Source: Chiloscyllium plagiosum
Taxonomy: Eukaryota
Direction of reading: 5' to 3'
Length of the DNA: 52,499 bases
NCBI RefSeq assembly: GCF_004010195.1
Contig: NC_057720.1
Coordinates: 36,127,321-36,179,819 of the forward strand
Of the stretch, positions 25,278 through 38,100 are shown one piece after another. Position 1 is the first letter of the stretch; each line of letters starts with the position of its first letter. Under the pieces are notes generated by a model. That model searched no databases. It was given only the letters and a program-made list of their open reading frames with translations, and was not told the origin of the DNA. A program made the position numbers and the translations under genes.

Positions 25278-25597
25278 TAGATTAGGTTAGATTAGATTAC
25301 TTACAGTGTGGAAACAGGCCCTTCGGCCCAACAAGTCCACACCGACCCGCCGAAGCGCAACCCACCATACCCCTACATTTACCCCTTACCTAACACTACG
25401 GGCAATTTAGCATGGCCAATTCACCTGACCCGTACATTTTTGGATTGTGGGAGGAAACCGGAGCACCCGGAGGAAACCCACGCAGACACGGGGAGAACGT
25501 GCAAACTCCACACAGTCAGTCGCCTGAGTCGGGAATTGAACCCGGGTCTCTGGCGCTGTGAGGCAGCAGTGCTAACCACTGTGCCACCGTGCCGCCC
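25278..25597 (-). mobile_element. Full-length young HE1-type tRNA-derived V-SINE
   Basis: Head GGGCGGCACGGTGGCACAGTGGTTAGC; A box 25586-25576; B box GGTTCAATTCC 25542-25532; central gtttgcacgttctcccc..gggtttcctccgggtgctccggtttcctccc domain; CR1-like tail and (aatct)n end; CpGs intact. Confidence 0.92.
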
Positions 25598-26190
25598 ACT
25601 GTGTCCAAATAAACAGTTATTACTTGAATAGCCATTTACAGTCAATATTCTCTTCAGAGGTTCATAAATCTTTCAAAATAAATCCATATTAATTGACTAG
25701 CCAAAAGGTATAACACTTAAATCATAAATCTGTCAGGATAAACAAGTTCAAGGGAAAGCTGTTTAAACAAACTTTGCAGAGCAGAATCTAATCATGGTTT
25801 GAAATTCAGAAAATAATTCAAATTGATATTGTATTGAACAAGTGTGTAAACAAAATCTCCAGAAGAGGATTCATTAGAGATTTTGAGGGAACCAGAAACA
25901 CAGACATTCTTCAAAGCTTTGAAACAGCCAAACAAATGGCTGAGCTGAACATGAAGCAAATGTGACAGTAATGGCAGCACTTAAAACAATCAGATGTGAA
26001 TTTGAAAGCATGCTATAAAATTGGAATTTAAAGTTATACAATATAGCACTTCAACCAGTTAATAATCTATGTCAGTGCACGTATTGATTTTTCCAATTTT
26101 TCCAATTTTACAGTGCTGTTCTTTTGGTTGGCAATTTGCCAGTTGCCAGAAGTAACAAAATGGCAACAACATTATTGAGTGGTCACTTAC

Positions 26191-26272
26191 CTTTTTTTTC
26201 AAATCAGAGAACTGAAACCACTCGCTGGCAATACCATTTATACAGACATCTCTGACAATTTCCAATTCCAAA
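26191..26272 (-). CDS. Candidate internal coding exon (82 nt, phase 2-0): LELEIVRDVCINGIASEWFQFSDLKKK
   Basis: Acceptor gctgttttgaatcacag|T, consensus donor AAG|gtaagt, only one open frame, non-repeat sequence. Confidence 0.5.
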
Positions 26273-26626
26273 CTGTGATTCAAAACAGCGTTTAATTGGT
26301 GTGTTACATGTCACCTGCCTATCACTAAGAAATCTGCAGAAGTTCTGAAATGCCCATTTCTGCAATAAATGCCCACTTTGGCAGCATGAAGACAGTAACG
26401 TATGGTTTTTTGCCCACCTCCTTTCCCATACCAGTGAAAATTGCAGGGCTGGAGGTGGGTGCAGGAATCCCAGTTCTTCTGCCACCAGCTATATTTAAAG
26501 TCCACCCATCTAAATTTGGCCTTTTATCAGATAAGGAGAACCCAGCTCTTGCTTTCCAGATAATACAAAGAACCTTTAAGGAAAATACTGTCTAATATTT
26601 TATTATGTTTCAAAGCAGGAGCCAAA

Positions 26627-27750
26627 GAGTCATAGAAGTATATAGCACGGAATCAGACCCTTCAATCCAACACATCCATGCTGACCAGATGCCCTAAATT
26701 AATCTAGTCCCCATTTGCCAGCATTTCATAGACTCATAGAATCCCTACAGTGTGAAAGCAGGGCATTCAGTCCATCAAATCTTCTTTGTCACTTCTTCAA
26801 AAAACTCAATCAGATTAGTGAGAAACAATTTTTCATGCACAAAACCATTGTTGATTAACTCTAAATAGATCTTACCTTTCCAGATACATGTAAATCCTAT
26901 CCCTCAGAATCCCCTCCAACAGCTTAACCACCACTGACATCAGGCTCATCAGTCTGTAGTTCTCTGGCTTTTCCTTTTCATCTTTTTTGATTAATGGCAC
27001 CACATTAGCCATCCTCCAGTTTTTTGGCATCTCACCTGTGACTATTGATGATACAAATATCTCAACAAGGGGCCCAGCAATCATTTCCCTAGTGTCCAAC
27101 AAATTTCTGGATGCACCTGATCAGGCCCTGGGGATTTATCCAACTTTGTGTGTTTTAAGACATCCAGCACCTCCTCCTTTGTAATATGGACACTTTTCAA
27201 GATATCACTATTTATTTCTCCAAGTTCTCTAGCTTCCATATCCTTCTCCTCATCAATACTGATGCAAGATACTCATTTAGTATATCACCCATCTCCTGCA
27301 GTTCCACACATAGATGGCCTTGTTAATCTTTAAGGGGTCCTATTCTCTCCCTCGTTGCTCTTTTGTCCTGAATGTATTTGTAGAATCTGATTGGATAAGA
27401 CAATAAGACATAGGAGCGGAAGTAAGGCCATTCGACCCATCGAGTCCACTCCGCCATTCAATCATGGCTGATGGGCATTTCAACTCCACTTACACGCATT
27501 CTCCCCGTAGCCCTTAATCTCTTTGGATTCTCCTTAATTCTATTTCCCAAAGCTACCTCATATCCTGTTTTTGCGCTCCTGATTTCCCTCTTAAGTATAA
27601 TTCTTCTGCCCTTATCCTCTCGTAAGGATTCACTCGATCTCAGCTGTCTATATGTGACATATGCCTCCCTTCACTTTCTAGTCTAGAGCCTCAATTTCTC
27701 CAGTGATTCAACATTCCCTACACCTAAGCCTTGCAGTTTCCTGCCACAAC
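26627..27750 (-). mobile_element. Composite of CR1 fragments: tail 26627-26725, SINE tail to ~26780, ORF2 body 26781-27750
   Basis: Minus ORF 26872-27102 reads GEMPKNWRMANVVPLIKK..PENYRLMSLMSVVVKLLEGILRDRIY. Confidence 0.85.
27389..27515 (-). mobile_element. Short CR1 3'-tail insertion of a second family, nested in CR1
   Basis: ataagacaataagacataggagcggaagtaaggccattcg..aatcatggctgat resembles the tail at 2646; aatct occurs on both sides (27384-27388, 27516-27520). Confidence 0.7.
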
Positions 27751-29835
27751 TTAAATTAAACACAAAACTATTTGTGTACTTGCAAATCAAATTGACCACA
27801 ATTATAGATTGGCATGAGCATTGGTAAAGTGTTTTAACAAGTCCCAAGCATGTAAAATTTGGTTCTGTAGCAGTGCTTCCAACAGCATCGTCAAAGATAG
27901 GTTGCTGTATAAGCAATTGATCTCTAATTACCATCATATATTTGGGCAAATAGCTAAAAGCAGGTGCAGAATCTTGGGTCAGCTCTTCTGGGCTTTCTTT
28001 ATTTTAAAAGGTAAAGCAAATATGTGCGAGAAATGGAAAGCAGAATGAAATTTATAACTGTAGTATTCCTTTTCCAATGACCCTTGCATCAACTTCGGTT
28101 AAAGTTATGGGGAGCAGAATTAATCTATCTCAGCAGTGGGAAGTAGGCTTCTAGCCTGAATTTCTTTCCACTGAATTTCACAAAATGATAGTTCAAACTC
28201 ATTTTTAGAGACTCATTTCCTGGTTTCACTGTCCTTTTACTTGGGGATGTAAATTTTAAAAAAGTAAAGGAATATTTTCCAAGGCAACAGGAAACAAAAA
28301 CTGCTGCAGAATGTCGCAGGTTGACAATTGGTTAATAGCATGTTTAGTACTACTGATATAGACTAATTTCATCTCCATCAAATTCAAATAGACAAATTAC
28401 TAACTACCTTTTATTTGGATGAGTTTGTTTCACCTAAATATCAGTGAATAGATTCCTATACTCAAATCTAGCTCAAAGTCTAAAGAACAAATGGTCATGA
28501 TGATGTAAATATTTGCAGAAATTTTTTTTTTCAATTTCAATGGAGACGTATTTGGATCTAAGGGAACGCATTACCACACCTACTAAATTCAGTGAAACAT
28601 GTAGAGCTCAATGAATAGACTGACCTACTACCTTAAATACCTTACTTTTTTCCTTTATAAATGAAAGTAAAGAATTACACATCTCGTGAGTACCTGTACC
28701 TACCACTATCCCACAATGTATCTTTGTGCTTTTGACTTATTGAGTAATTAAGACTTATACTGTAGGTGTCCTGGATGTTATCTGGAGCTTTACAACACAA
28801 AAACAGCAGTCTGGTAGTTACAATGAAGGCATCTGAATCTATCACAGATCTTACTTGCTCACAATCTATCATCATATCACTGTAATCATTCTATCTATTG
28901 CAACCTATTACAGTTTGTAACCCAGTGCCTCACCTCCTTCACTGCAAAATGGGTTTTAGTTCCCTGTTTGCCTCTCAGGTCTCAGAGCCAATGACTGCAA
29001 CCATCCATATCCAAAATGCATTTTAGTCACACCATTCCATATATTCCTTATCAGAATAATGCTCAAATTCTTCTGTTCCCTGATTTTTGTGTTCTGTCTG
29101 TCTTTGTCTCCCTTTATATCTTTCATTGAGAATCACTCATTTGCAATCCTTCACTGATATAAATACACAAAAAATGCACAGACAGACACGATTTCCTTCC
29201 CTAATTCTTTCTCACTATTAAGGTCCTTGATATATCCCACAAGTGCAGAATATCCTGGTTTTCATCCGAATATGGTCAGAAAAACAAATCTGAATGTTTA
29301 CTTATGCTGATTTTTATCACAAGATCAAAACCATGTAGAGTTAAGATATTTACAGTTAGATACCTTAAAGATGGCTTCCTGAAAATAAGCAGGAATAGAA
29401 AACAGGATACTTTATAATCTTCAATGTATTCATTTTAATTATTTTTCTCAGATGTACCTGCATAATTCAGTTAGACTGCGTAGCTCCTGTCTAGGTATTG
29501 GCTTCACTGCTTTACACACAACTCTTCCATCCTCCATGTGACCCTTGATCCCACCTGGCGCAGCTTGATTTGAACTGCCAACAGCCCATATTTCCTGGCT
29601 TGACATCCAGAAATATCTGAATCTAGCTTAGTCCTAATGGTGATGGATTTATGGTATTGGCATAGGACAGTCATGACCACTCAATGCAGGTAACCCCACA
29701 CTCCCACACTATTGTTAATATATGTAGCTAGCATGATATCATCACCTTTTCTTTCCAATTGCTTGGTAAATAGTCTTGTTTGTCAGAGTAAGCTTAATGG
29801 AAAACAATATTGTAAATATAATGTACATGCACAAA

Positions 29836-30578
29836 GATAAATGTCAAGTGTTACGTTTTGGTAAGATAAACCAGGGCAGGATGTTTCCAGTCAATGGTAT
29901 GGGATATACTGTCAAACAGAGAGACCGAAGGGTGCAGTTACATTGTTCCTTGAAAGTGGCAAGGTGGTGAAGAAGGTATTTGGCACACTTGCCTTCATCG
30001 GTCAGAACATTAAGTACAGGAGTTAGGATATCATGTTATGGCTGTACAACACATTGGTAAGGACACATTAAGAGTACTGTATGCACTGTGCTATAGGAAG
30101 GATGTTATTAAACTGGGAAAGAGTGCAAAAGACATTTACGAGGATGTTACAGAGATTGAATAATAAGGAGAAGCTAGCTAGGTTGGGACTTTTCAGCATA
30201 GGAGGCTGAGGGGTGCCCTTATAGAAATTTATATAATCATTAAGGGTATACATAAGGTGAATAGCCAAAGTCTTTTTTCCCAGGGTAGGGGAGTCTAAAA
30301 CTAGAAGGCATAGGTTTAAGGTGATAGGGGCAAGATTTAAAAGGTACCTGAGGGGCAACTTTTTCATACAGAGGATGGTGCATATGTGGAACAAACTTTC
30401 AGAGGAAGTGATGGGGTGAGTACAATTACAAAGTTTAAAAGACATTTGGGCAGGTACATGGATAAGAAAGGCTTAGAGGCATATGGGCCAAATACAGGCA
30501 AATTGGGCAAGTTCAGTTTTGGAAACCTGGTTGGCATGGATGAGTTGGGCCGAAGGGTCTGTATGACTCTATGACTCT
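29836..30578 (+). mobile_element. CR1/HER1-type LINE 3' fragment
   Basis: DKCQVLRFGKINQGR..FKRHLGRYMDKKGLEAYGPNTG, ending in a tatgactctatgactct tail. Confidence 0.88.
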
Positions 30579-31550
30579 AAGTGTCCAGGTTCTGATGGGT
30601 TCATGTCTTAAAAGAAATGGTTAATGAAACAGTTGACTCATTGGTTTTAAATTTTCCAACACTCGTTAGATTTGGGAAAGGTCTCATTAGATTGGAAGCT
30701 AACAAATGTAACTTATTTATTGAAAAACGGGAGGAGAGACAGAAAGCAGTAAACAACTGGCCAATTAATTTAACATCTGTCATAGGGAAAGTGTTGTTAA
30801 GCTGTTATTAAAGACGTTTTAGAAGGGTGCTTAGATAATTTTAGAGTCTATATGGTTTGCTAAAAGGGAAATTATATTTAAATGATCTATTGGAGTTTTT
30901 TTGAGAAAGTAACATAAACTATGGATAAAGGGGAACCCATGAATATATTGTACATGGATCTCTTAAGGCAGTTAATAAAGTGCCACACCAAATGTCATTG
31001 GGCAAGTATAAGCTCATGATGCAGGTGGTACCATAGTGGCATGGATGGAAGTGACTAGATAACAAGTAGCATAAATGGGTCTATATCAGGTGGCGGAATG
31101 TATTGAGTGATGTGCCACAGGGATGAATAGTTCATCATTTATATAAATTACTTGGCTGCAGGGATGGCCAGTATGGTTGCCAAATATGCTGACAGTACAA
31201 TGGCAGGTAGGCAAGTAAGTTATGAATAGTACATAAGGCTACAAAAGAGCAGAGACAAGTTAAGTGAATGGGCAAAGATCTGGCAACTGGAGTATGTGAA
31301 AACTGTGAAATTGTCCATTTTTGCAGTAAGATGAAATAAGGTAAATTATAATTTAAATGGTAAGAGTCTGCAGACCTGAGATGCAGAGGGATCGGGATGT
31401 CTTAGTGCATGTCTAACAAATGATCAATGGACATCTACAGCAAGTAATCAGGAAAGCTAAGAGAATGTTTTCTTTGTTATGAGGGGAAACAAATTCAAGA
31501 CTAGGGACATTATGCTTAATTAATAAAGGGCACCGGTGAGACCATATTAG
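30579..31550 (+). mobile_element. Older CR1 RT fragment
   Basis: RQKAVNNWPINLTSVIGKVL followed by decayed YxDF/KVPH and PQG-like motifs. Confidence 0.75.
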
Positions 31551-32231
31551 TTATCTAAAACATTTACTATTTAATTTACTTTCTCTCAGAAAGCATGATA
31601 TATATCATTTTATATATCCAGGGAACATTATTTTCAACATAATTACGTGTATATGCAATGGTGAAGATTTGTCTTTCAAATAATTCTTTATTGGTACAAT
31701 TTTTAAATTATATATTAAATATAATATATTATATATTTAAATATTCAATGTTGCAATTGGTAGAAAACTTTTGCAGCTGTACTGTGTTAAGAAACTGATT
31801 AAAAACTCAAGACGTACAGAAGAAGTCCTTGCATGAGGTTTGTTGTAATGATAATCAAAAGTAAGTCACTGGCATTAGATTGTCATGAGCTTTGAACATG
31901 TTATTACCTCCTCTTCATAGCTGGGTATTCTGACGATCTTCATACTCCATTTTAACAATCAATATTTTCTGAATGAAACATTTAGCCAACAAATCAATTT
32001 TAAAACTAACTGGTTTTAATGCTGAATCTAGCCTCTAACACTTAAAACTGCCTCTCAAATACAATTTCACAATGTCCAGAACCCAGTGTTGTTGTATTTG
32101 AGAGCTTTTTGATGGGTATAATGAAAGATCTGCATCTTTTTGAAATAACTTAATGAGACAAAACATTACATATATGGCATGTGAACTTTGAGTCACTTGA
32201 GATTCCAGAAGACAAGGAGTGGAGAAATGTT

Positions 32232-32880
32232 TGAAAGAAAGAAAGGTTTGCATTTATGTAGTGCCTTTTGCAACAATCAACATTCCAAAGTGCTTTAGAG
32301 CTTAAGAAGTACCTTTGAAGTGCAGTCACTGTTCCAATGTAGGAACACACAGCAGATAATTTGCACTGGGTAGAAACAATGACTGCAGATGCGGAAAACC
32401 AGATTCTGGATTAGTGGTGCTGGAAGAGCACAGCAGTTCAGGCAGCATCCAAGGAGCTTCGAAATCGACGTTTTGGGCATGAAGGGCTTTTGCCCGAAAC
32501 GTCGATTTTGAAGCTCCTTGGATGCTGCCTGAACTGCTGTGCTCTTCCAGCACCACTAATCCAGAAGATGATTTGCACTTAGAAGACTCCCACAAACAGC
32601 ATTGTAATAATAATTATGTAATCTGTTGTTTTAATGTGATGTCAACTGAGGGATAAATACTGGCTGGAATACCAGGGATAACTCCACTACTTTTCATCTA
32701 AGTAGTGCCATGGCACTAATTACGCAGCATTGGTTTAGTACTTCATCCAAAAGATAACTCTTCTGCACTCAACACTGCACTGCTGTATCAAATGCTGAGT
32801 GCGAAACTGTGCTCAAGTCCTGAAGTGGGACTTGAGTCTTCCACCTTTTGACTCAGAGGCCAGACTGCTACCAACTATGG
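32232..32880 (-). mobile_element. DeuSINE-like tRNA-derived SINE with an L2-type tail, interrupted by a fold-back element
   Basis: Minus head agttggtagcagtctggcctctgagtcaaaagg..tcaagtcccacttcaggacttgagcac. The tail (gcactacataaatgcaaacc(tttc)n) resembles the L2-type end at 41360-41420. Confidence 0.65.
32368..32565. mobile_element. PLE-derived fold-back element
   Basis: Arms 32404-32479 and 32491-32566, with two mismatches. TSD agataatttgcact (32354-32367) and agatgatttgcact (32566-32579). 5'-clipped hammerhead core at the apex. Confidence 0.88.
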
Positions 32881-34659
32881 CTGATGTCTTTTGAGAATTT
32901 TCTTTAAGTACAAAATGCTAGATGCAAAGCTGACTAAAAATGGTTCCTTTATTTTGATGGCAAGGTTACATCCTTCGTATTTCAGAATAATATACCTTTT
33001 GAATCTTAGCTTAGAAGTTTTTGGATCACCTTTGTTTCAGTCGGCTCTCCCACTGAAGAGGTCACAGCTAAATCTCAGCCAAGCTGTTCACATTTTCTGT
33101 TCAATACGTCATTACCCAATGCAACATTTCATTTGGAAATGGGCAGGCAGCATAATTTTTGTAATAAAATTAGAAGTGTAGATTTAGAATGCTGACATTT
33201 TAAAGACTACATTTTAATAAAGGGCTGATTAACTGCCAGAGTTTAAAAGATCGTGCTACATTCAGTTCTGGCATAATAGTGATTACAACTGGAAATGTAT
33301 GGTTCAGAAACCATTCCTTAGAGTTTAACACGAAGAACTTGATTTGAAAATAGGGTCAAAAACACTTTTAGTGTTGATAGGTTCATTATGAAGGGAGCTG
33401 GTGAGCAGCTGCAAAAGGTCACACAGGATCTGCTACAGCAAGAAGCAAAACCCAAACATAGAGGATCGCAGATGGATGGATAAATACAGCGATTTTTTTC
33501 TTTGTAATTTCGCCAGTTTTTTTTTCTCCCCTCACCCAAAACCACCCAAACGTTCAGCCAAAGCTAACTAATTAATGAATGGAATTTTCATGCCTTTTGT
33601 AAGTTGGATATCATAACACCTAAGTTCCAAATCACAAAATAAACTGACAGAAACATTTAGTTTTTCCCCTTCCTATTTCGATTCAGGTTTGTTTCATAAC
33701 AAAAACATTTAAAATGAAAACTTGTTTAGTGAAGAAAAACATTTAATTCAAAATATTACTCAGAATTTTGTAAGTTATTTGGGTTTGTTAACAATGATTA
33801 GAAGTTGCTGCACACCCAAATCTAGCTACTTCACAGTTTGTTGCATGTATACTACCTCCTGTATACAAATAGCTATCCAACTGGATGAATCTCACCAGAA
33901 AATACATATGTGTGTATTGCCAATGAGTTTGCAAGATAGGTTAAACTGCTGGATAAAAAATACAATGGATTTTCATTGGAATGAACAGAAATGAATATCT
34001 TATACTGACACAATAATAAATAGGTTTCCTTTATGCCTTACTGATCAGTATAGTGTAAGGTGATATCACGAGGAACAAATAGCATTGAAGGCCCATTCTC
34101 GTACTCCAAGGCACTAATGGTGTCTCTAACTTTAACCACTATTTTTCCACACCCTCCTTGACCGCTTTATAACCTTTGGCACAGTCCACAATTCCATTGT
34201 CTCATTTTACCTATTTTGTGGCTTTATTCCTACCTGACCATGTTTCATGGAAATTTTACAATAACTTTTCCATTTAGGTATTACCTCCAACATGCACAAT
34301 GCTTCCAATCTAGCCTTCCATTTAATACCTAGCTATGTACTGTTTTCTGTGACATTATTTCTTAGTACTCAATCAATCTTAATACATATACCAATCAAAA
34401 TTACATCTCTCCCAAACCTTAAAATCCAGAAACTTGTTTTACTGTTCACTGTTCAACAACCTGCTAAATCAAGTCCAGGATAAACCAAATCTCCACTGAA
34501 CATTAGAAAGATCAAAATCATTCTTCTTTATTTCAGAAAAAACTCAATATTGTATGCTGAAATTCTACTCCTTCCCATTTATTGTCAGGCAACCCAACAA
34601 TACATAAACTCATTATACTGCAGAGTGCTGAGCTGTGCTTCAAATCTTAAATTTAATTT

Positions 34660-35117
34660 ATAAATTTCCCGTAGCTTGCAGCTTCAACACACAATCCTGC
34701 TCCCATGCCCACATGTCTGNNNNNNNNNNNNNNNNNNNNNNNNNNNNNNNNNNNNNNNNNNNNNNNNNNNNNNNNNNNNNNNNNNNNNNNNNNNNNNNNN
34801 NNNNNNNNNNNNNNNNNNNNNNNNNNNNNNNNNNNNNNNNNNNNNNNNNNNNNNNNNNNNNNNNNNNNNNNNGCCTTGGTCATTCACAGCTCCTAATCTC
34901 CCTATAATCTTTCTATGCACTGTCATTATCACCTCTTTATTGCTACCTTTGCTTCTGGAGCCATGACTCACCTTCTCTCAGCCTAGTATAAATACCTCCC
35001 TATTTCTCCCTTTTTTAAACTTTGACAAAGAGTCAGTTAGACTCGAAACATCAGCTCTTTTCTCTCCTTACAGATGCTGCCAGACCTGTTGAGATTTTCC
35101 AGCAGTTTCTCTTTTGG
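34660..35117 (+). mobile_element. 5'-truncated Penelope-like element spanning the assembly gap
   Basis: Left of the gap, FPVACSFNTQSCSHAHMS resembles the PVAxHFN..SH..M motif after GIY-YIG. Right of the gap is a PLE tail. Perfect 15-bp TSD tcttaaatttaattt at 34645-34659 and 35118-35132. Confidence 0.8.
34720..34872. other. Assembly gap (153 N)
   Basis: Run of N. Confidence 1.
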
Positions 35118-38100
35118 TCTTAAATTTAATTTGTTACATTTGCCTGTTTTAGTCGCAAAATATTTCCTCCCAACCATCTCTCCACATCATTATTAATTTT
35201 TCCCCATATCTCTGTCAATTTTATGCTCAACTCTTTACTGCTTTTTCCATCTACTCTACAGACAACTCCGAACTGGTCTGAATTTTACCATTTTGATCTT
35301 ATCCTGTGCCAAATAATGTTCAACAACTGGCTCTGTATCATCTTTGCGCAATACCTGCAAAATGTTGAATTGAGTAGGCCAATTTGCTATGTTAAGCATG
35401 TAGTATAAATTTAAGTTTCTCTGGCAGAAATTTATCTAAAGGACAAAATAATGGCAACATTACCATTCTTAGGATTGTTAGCCTTTTCTCTCTATGCTTT
35501 GCCACTACAGATTTTCAAATTTGCTGTTTAAAAATGTTTCCAAGGTAAACCAAACAACAAAAGTAAATATTTTAAAATTGAAGACAGTTTGCCCATTACT
35601 TATCATATAAAGTGAAGCGATTATTTACACTGAATTTTTAAATTAATTTTCAGTACTATCAAAGCATACTTTGGAATGTGATCTCACTTCTTTCTTATCA
35701 CATTCTTACCCCACTTCCTCTTTTGGATTTGCGCCAAACAGACTAGTTTCATACTATGTATTTGGGCATATGCAAAAAAAGTTGCTTTCACAATAGTCAG
35801 GTGCCAATTATGTAGATTGTGTGGTTGTATTTTTTTTCCCCGCCTTGTACCTTACTCCTCCCTCTCCTATGAGTGAGAGGATAAAGAATAAATTCTATCC
35901 TTAATGCATTTGTTCAATACCTCAGGCAAACAGATTAAACATAACCTTATCAGACGGAACACATTAATGGGCTTCTCCAAATCCTCCTGCTGTCACAGAT
36001 TAAACTGCAGCTCTAGAAGTATTAGCACTTTCCCGCTTCCCCCCTCCATTGGATTTCTTGGCTGATCTATTATGGCAAGTCCTGTTAGATATGAGGAGGG
36101 GGTAAAATGAGGAACAGTCAGTTGTAATCTGATAGGCAATTGGTTTCTAGAGGTGATCTCTGGTCCTATTATTGATCCATGGCCCCAGTCTTTGTCACCT
36201 TGTCTGAAGAGCACTGTCCAACCTTGGAGTTACTTTAAACTTGATACATAAGATTGATCTCCTGGTGTAAACAGACAGTAATGAACATTACAGATAAAGG
36301 CATGGGATGGGGTCATCAAAGACTGATTCTCTGTTCACTAACATAAAGAACTCAAATATTTAATTTGTTATAGTTTCCTTTTATGCATCTGATGATCTGT
36401 ATGTTAAAGTCTTTCCAATTAAAAATGATTTAAGGGAAGGAAGGCCATGTATTAAGGGTAAGATGCTAATCTCTGACTTTTACACAATGTCATTTAAAAA
36501 TGTGCTCAAAATTAATGGATACAAAGAGGTGAATAGTGGAAGCTTAGAAGGAAACTATTTAGCTGGTGAATGTAGCACTTTGTTATAACTATAGCTGCAG
36601 TGAATTGCCTTCCCAAAATGTCTATATTATTCATACTATCCTTCCCTCTATCTTTTTGTAACATTCATGCAAATAATTGCAAAATGCCATGTATTTTGTA
36701 GCTATACCTGAGGAATTATTCAACTCCGTATAGAAAGCTCAAACTGATATTTGTAATGAGAATAATTTTTTGTTCCCTTTTAATGAATACCATTTTTTTG
36801 GAACTGCACACATCCAAGAAACACAAGTTTGTGGGAAATACATGATTTGTAATGAAAGAAACAAGGTTTGCATTCATAAATGATTTAATTTGAAGGAACT
36901 GTCCAACATATGTTAATTTATTATTGAAATATTTCCAGCTACATCAGCAACAATCTGTGAAAATTAATTTTCCACAGATTTTTTTTCTTGGAGAAGTAAT
37001 AAGTATGGAATACTCTATATGTAAATTTCAGTGTTTTTTTTCAATAACATAAGTTGCATATCACTTCTTCCCTAGCAACAGTGCGAGTGTACTAATGCGC
37101 CTTTTTGTTATTTGACACTCTAATACGATGAGTTCAGAAAATGCATTGTAGTAAGGATGTCGTAAGGTTGAATTTTTGACAACACAGTAATTGGTTAGCC
37201 CACTATACTCTGTTTAATACCACTTACAGATTTTGAAACATATACTTTGTATTGTCTAACATTTATGCATAGTTTTGTTGAAGTTTTTTTTAATACTCAA
37301 TATAAATTGGAAATGGACAGGGTTCCAAAGATACTAGTTCATTTGTAGTGTTTTGAGGATGAATATAAATATTTTGATTTTATATTTAATATGCCACTGC
37401 GGATGCCAGTATTTTAATTGATTTTAATAATCACAATTTCAAAACTCATGAACACAAAAACAAAATACTGCAGATATTGGCAATTTGAAATAAAAAGAGA
37501 AAATATTGAAAAATTCAGAACAGTAACCTAAAACATGAGACAGAATTTTGAGAAAGGTTGAGCAATGTGTGCTATGATGAAATGTGTGGCAGAATCGGAC
37601 AAGAAGTCCAGCAAAGCCAACTTTGATGTCGATAGCATCCTGCAAGATCCTTTGTTTTTTAGAAGCAATATGACAAGTTTCTCACGAGGCAACAGCAGGT
37701 TGCCAATGAGGGGCATTATTACAACCCTGGGCCCAATGCATAGCACAAGCTACATGCACCATTTGCTCCACAGATTTCGGAATGCAGCATTTGCCAACCC
37801 CTCATGACCATTGGGTAGGGTGCTCTGGAAGCACAAACTTGAATTACAGGGTACACTGTCAACTAGTATTGGAAGTCTGTAGAAGGGGCAGTGTGATGCA
37901 AGGCCAGGGACACAGCTCACAGGTTGGACCAGATTGCATATCAGGGCTGCCTAGTTAGGTTGTTCAAGAAGTGGGCCATGGTTAAGCTAATACACAGCAA
38001 GTTATGCTGCAGGCTAGGGAGAAGGGTGGATGATTGGGAAGGGGGTCAGCAATATCTGCAAGAGAGGGGTAAAGCATGGCTGCAAAGAGGTCATGCTCTA

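Noticed and set aside
25500..25597. tRNA gene
   Set aside because: The A and B boxes belong to a SINE head; no cloverleaf, and it continues into the SINE body.
29452..29494. Plus-strand mini-exon (tttttctcag|ATG..CTAG|gtattg)
   Set aside because: Isolated, overlaps a competing minus-strand candidate, and cannot be resolved without data.
31700..31745. AT-rich quasi-palindrome
   Set aside because: Low complexity; expected by chance.
33381..33483. Exon-like frames on both strands (FIMKGAGEQLQKVTQDLL.. and QILCDLLQLLTSSL..)
   Set aside because: Neither strand has both a good acceptor and a good donor, and neither peptide is recognisable.
34635..34971. ORFs spanning X residues
   Set aside because: Artefacts of translating through the N gap.
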